Assembly (NCBI GenBank): GCA_965199955.1
Contig: CBDATQ010000001.1
Coordinates: forward strand, 2,176,001 to 2,240,000
Length of the DNA stretch: 64,000 nt
Origin: Spirochaetia bacterium
Lineage (GTDB): Bacteria > Spirochaetota > Spirochaetia > SZUA-6 > Bin103
Direction of reading: 5' to 3'
Under the pieces are notes generated by a model. It made no database searches. It was given only the letters and a program-made list of their open reading frames with translations, and was not told the origin of the DNA. Positions 60,731-64,000 of the stretch are shown here, one piece after another. The translations under genes and the position numbers were made by a program. Each line of letters begins with the position of its first letter. The stretch's first letter is position 1.

Positions 60731-61590
60731 GTGGCCAGACTCACCATCGCGACCTGCCAGTTCGTGATCGAACCCGCCGTGGAGCCGAACCGGTCTGCGG
60801 TCGAACGGCTGATGCGATCGGCACGGCGGCGCGGAGCGCGGCTCGTGCACTTCTCGGAAGCATGCGTCTCCGGGTACCTCGGAGTGGAAGTCGACAGCGG
60901 CGACGGGCTCGACTGGGACGCGGTGCGGGGCGCCATGGAGTCGATCGCGCGGCTGGCGGCCGAGCTGGAGCTGTGGGTGGTGATCGGCTGCAACCACCGC
61001 CTCACCGGCTCCCACCGGCCGCACAACTCGCTGTACGTGATCGATCCGTCGGGGAGGATCGTGGACCGCTACGACAAGATGTTCTGCACCGGATCGACTG
61101 CGGCGACCAGGACCTCAAGCACTACAGCCCGGGCAGCGCCTTCACGACCTTCGACGTGGACGGCGTGCGCTGCGGACTGCTGATCTGCCACGACTACCGG
61201 TATCCGGAGCTGTTCCGGGAGTACAAGCGGCGCGGCGTGGAGCTGATGCTGGTGTCGTTCCACAACGCCGGCATGACGGCCGACCGCGACGCCCACTACC
61301 TGATGTCGGTGCCGGTCACCCTGCAGGCGGCGGCGGCCAGCAACTTCTTCGCGGTCAGCGCGACCAACAGCGCGCGCCGCTACGCGTGGCCGAGCTTCGT
61401 GGTCAACCAGGAGGGGTGGGTGATCGACCGCGCACCGCGGCATCGCCCCGCGGCGCTGGTCAACACGATCGACGCCGAGGCGAACCTGTACGACGCGAGC
61501 GTGTCATGGCGGGATCGCTGCCTGGCCGGCACCTACCATTCGGGCGACCTGGTCAGCGACCCGCGGAGCGCCGTCCGCACCGAGCTTTAG
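60731..61590 (+). CDS. Carbon-nitrogen hydrolase with one frameshift near 61090
   Basis: FSEACVSGY, HNS and YDK in one frame; LICHDYRYPEL in the next; the E-K-C triad is intact across the shift. Confidence 0.8.
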
Positions 61591-61594
61591 TCGC

Positions 61595-62581
61595 TCAGTC
61601 CCAAGTGGACATCTCGGCGTGCAGCTCAACGGGGAGCCCCTCGTGGTACGCGCGCAGGGCATTGTCCAGGTGGGCGGTCGTGCGCGCGCCGAACAGCGTG
61701 CTGCCGACCGCGCGATTGGCGACCACCCAGGCGGCGGCCAGGTAGACCATCGACTCGCCCAGTTCCGCCGCTTTCGCGCGGAGCTTCTCCACAACGCGGA
61801 AGTTCCGTTCGGAAAAATACACGTCGCAGTGCCCGGGAATCACGTGGAAGCGGGTGCGCTCGGGCAGGGCATCACGGTCGGCCGTGTACTTGCCGGCCAG
61901 GAACCCCGCGCCGAGCGGGCTGTACGCCAGGAAGGTGACGTCCTCGTCGGCGCACACGGCCATGCTGTCCCGCTCCTCTTCTGGGCGGGCCAGGTTGTAG
62001 ATGTTCTCCACGATCTCCATGCGCGCGTAGCCGTTGGCGGCGCTGATCGCCAGCGCATCGCGGAGCTGTGCGCCGGTGAAGTTGCTGCAGCCCAGCGCCT
62101 GCGCGCGGCCGTCCGTCACGGCCCGGTCGAGCGCGTCCATCGTCTCGTCCAGCGGGACCTCGTCGTCGTAGTTGTGCACCATGTAGATCGGTGCCGAGTC
62201 GAGCTGCAGCCGCTCCAGGCTGGCGTTGAGGGCGCGTTCGATGTTGTCGGGGGAGTTGCCGCTCGACACCTTGGTGAGCACGGTCACCTGGTCGGACACG
62301 CCCCGATCGCGCATCCAGGTGCCGATCATGCGCTCCGAGCTCGATACCTCGCCGGTCGTCTCGCGCACGTCCTGCACGCCCATCACGTCGCGCCGGTACA
62401 GCCGTGCGTTGCCGCCGCCGTACGCCTCCGCGGTGTCCAGCAGGGTCAGGCCGTGCTCCACGGCATAGTCCAGGATCCGCCGTGTTTCCTCTTCGTCGAT
62501 CTCCCGGCCGAACGTCGTCGTCCCCAGCGCGATGCGGCTGATCGTCCGTCCCGTCCGCCCGAGTGGTGCCTGTTCCATCAT
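61595..62581 (-). CDS. Aldo/keto reductase
   Basis: IALGTTTFG, DTAEAYG, LTKV, GCSNF and YSPLGAGFL. Confidence 0.9.
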   Translation of the reverse strand: MMEQAPLGRTGRTISRIALGTTTFGREIDEEETRRILDYAVEHGLTLLDTAEAYGGGNARLYRRDVMGVQDVRETTGEVSSSERMIGTWMRDRGVSDQVTVLTKVSSGNSPDNIERALNASLERLQLDSAPIYMVHNYDDEVPLDETMDALDRAVTDGRAQALGCSNFTGAQLRDALAISAANGYARMEIVENIYNLARPEEERDSMAVCADEDVTFLAYSPLGAGFLAGKYTADRDALPERTRFHVIPGHCDVYFSERNFRVVEKLRAKAAELGESMVYLAAAWVVANRAVGSTLFGARTTAHLDNALRAYHEGLPVELHAEMSTWD

Positions 62582-62613
62582 TTCGCTCCGCGGTGCAGGG
62601 TAACATGAGTTCA

Positions 62614-62985
62614 ATGCGGTGGGTGAGTGTGTCGCTGTACGCAGCCGCGCTGGTCGTGGCCACGCTGGTGCCGTGGAGTCACCCCGGCCGCACCGTCCCG
62701 CGCATCGACATGGCGCTGCATTTCGTGGCCTGGACGGTGCTGGCGTTCCTGACCGCGATCGCGTGGGCGAAGTCCCGCGCGCCGATCGGAGCGGCTGCGC
62801 TGGCTGCGCTGGCCGCCGTCTGCTTCGGGGCCTTGATCGAAGTGCTGCAGCCGCTCACCGGACGGACGGCGGAGTTGCACGACCTGGCCGCCGACGCCCT
62901 CGGCGCCGTCATAGGCTCCGCCGCCGCCGCGATCGCCGTGTGGAGCGTCCAGCGGATCGCAAAGCGCACGGGCGATCCCCGATAG
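62614..62985 (+). CDS. VanZ family membrane protein
   Basis: D..LHFVAW and IEVLQ...GRTA...DLAADALG. Confidence 0.8.
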   Translation: MRWVSVSLYAAALVVATLVPWSHPGRTVPRIDMALHFVAWTVLAFLTAIAWAKSRAPIGAAALAALAAVCFGALIEVLQPLTGRTAELHDLAADALGAVIGSAAAAIAVWSVQRIAKRTGDPR

Positions 62986-63036
62986 AGTCGCGCGACTGCC
63001 CGGAACGAGCGTTCTATCGAGATTTCCGGCATGGCG

Positions 63037-63066
63037 TTGCCATGCACGACAAACTCGTCCTACACT
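63037..63066 (+). promoter_or_regulatory. Sigma70-type promoter of the histone gene
   Basis: TTGCCA-N18-TACACT; GAGGGGG RBS before the ATG at 63130. Confidence 0.55.
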
Positions 63067-63129
63067 CGTGTGGATCGCGGGGCCCAAGACCGGGTAAACC
63101 GCAGCTCAGATACCCAGAGGGGGTTGCTC

Positions 63130-63315
63130 ATGTCGAACGAGGTCCTGGTAGTCGCGTCCAAGGTAAAATCTTATATCAAGTCCGCAGCAGGATTCAACAC
63201 GTCAGCACCGGCCATCGACGCACTGTCGAGCAAGGTCAAGGAAGTCTGCGACGCGGCGATCGAAGCGGCGCGCAAGGATCGGCGCAAGACGGTGAAGGAC
63301 CGGGACATCTCGTAG
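63130..63315 (+). CDS. Bacterial histone-fold protein (Bd0055/Leptospira-type), 61 aa
   Basis: MSNEVLVVASKVKSYIK...NTS...AARKDRRKTVKDRDIS carries the EVLVVxSKVK, NTS and RKTVxxRD histone-fold signature. Confidence 0.85.
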   Translation: MSNEVLVVASKVKSYIKSAAGFNTSAPAIDALSSKVKEVCDAAIEAARKDRRKTVKDRDIS

Positions 63316-63418
63316 CGCCGGCGCACGCCCCGAACCGGGCAGAATTCGCCGGCGATGTCCGTGGAAAGGGCGTTTCTCGAGCGCCGCCGCGGGGCCCATA
63401 CAACAACTTCTGCCGAGC

Positions 63419-64000
63419 ATGAGATCGCGGATCGACGGCCCACGCGCCTGCCGCCCAGAGGAACGCTCCGAGCTACTCGCGCTGGCCAACTTGGTATTCC
63501 GCGTGTCCCGCGGCAGAGCGTCGTCGATCGAGCGGGACTACCCACACATCTATCGGACGGAAAACCTCGACAACGTCCGCGTGATCCGCGTCGACGGTGG
63601 CCTCCGCGCGTCGGTGGGGACGCTGCCCATGCGTATCGCTACTGGCGGCGCGGTGCTCGACACGGTGGGGGTCAACTGCACCACCACCCATCCCGACTGG
63701 CGGAAACGGGGCTTCGGCGGCCTGTTGATGCGCGATATCGAGGCGCGCGCGCGCCGCCGGACGAGACCTCGTACACTTGGACGCCGGTGTGCCAGAGTGG
63801 TATCGCCGCTTCGGCTTCGAGGACGGCGGATGCCTGCTCAGCTACGAGTTGAACCGCGGCAACGTCGGGTTGCTGCCCGACCCCCGTGGTCTGGAGGTCC
63901 GTACCGGACTGGACCGGTATGCCGCCGACCTCCATCGCATCCATTCCACCGACCGGGCGGGAACGGTGCGCCGCGAGGAGGACGTGCCCGTCATCGTGGG
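63419..64000 (+). CDS. Eis-like GNAT acetyltransferase, frameshift near 63750, 3'-partial (absent from the ORF track)
   Basis: Manual translation gives LANLVFR..DYPHIY..VGVNCTTTHPDWRKRGFGGLLM (acetyl-CoA motif A), then WYRRFGFE after a shift in a (GC)n run. Confidence 0.75.
   Translation, partial: MRSRIDGPRACRPEERSELLALANLVFRVSRGRASSIERDYPHIYRTENLDNVRVIRVDGGLRASVGTLPMRIATGGAVLDTVGVNCTTTHPDWRKRGFGGLLMRDIEARARRRTRPRTLGRRCARVVSPLRLRGRRMPAQLRVEPRQRRVAARPPWSGGPYRTGPVCRRPPSHPFHRPGGNGAPRGGRARHRG

Noticed and set aside
63003..63014. Perfect GAAC-N4-GTTC (Gram-positive SOS box) upstream of the histone promoter
   Set aside because: About one such 8-bp pattern is expected by chance in 64 kb, and it does not match the motif at the local lexA promoter.
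1..64000. CRISPR array, prophage or integron
   Set aside because: No regularly spaced repeats, cas genes, phage structural genes or integrase were detected.

Overview
High-GC bacterial chromosomal window, densely coding, with no rRNA, tRNA or CRISPR array that I can support. The signal-peptide style of the solute-binding proteins (FAEGQEEQAAEE) and the mix of multicopy AAA, Uma2, Fic, PhyH and BNR genes suggest a Spirochaetota-like, possibly host-associated organism; this is inference only. Most genes are catabolic or scavenging: four or five BNR/sialidase-like proteins, a GH3, a GHL10, one intact and one decayed carbohydrate ABC transporter, six PhyH-family dioxygenase paralogues, and AKR, SDR, Gfo/Idh/MocA, GMC, nitrilase and MlrC enzymes. 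Small decayed defence or toxin-antitoxin relics are interspersed (AAA-AbiEii fusion, Fic, IS630 remnant, Uma2, DUF1156 methylase-nuclease, HigA, AAA-PDDEXK). About 20 genes carry frameshifts or internal deletions; single-base shifts could be sequencing errors, but the large deletions look like real decay. Highlights: (1) a 61-aa bacterial histone (Bd0055-type) immediately upstream of an Eis-like GNAT acetyltransferase; (2) a 1416-aa RelE-like nuclease + UvrD/SF1 helicase + TPR (TRANK1-like) protein; (3) a PhyH paralogue with the HxG halogenase signature; (4) a lexA-imuA-imuB-dnaE2 cassette with a candidate AGAC-N4-GTCT LexA box; (5) widespread leaderless-type promoters. All family assignments come from motif recognition, not database searches.
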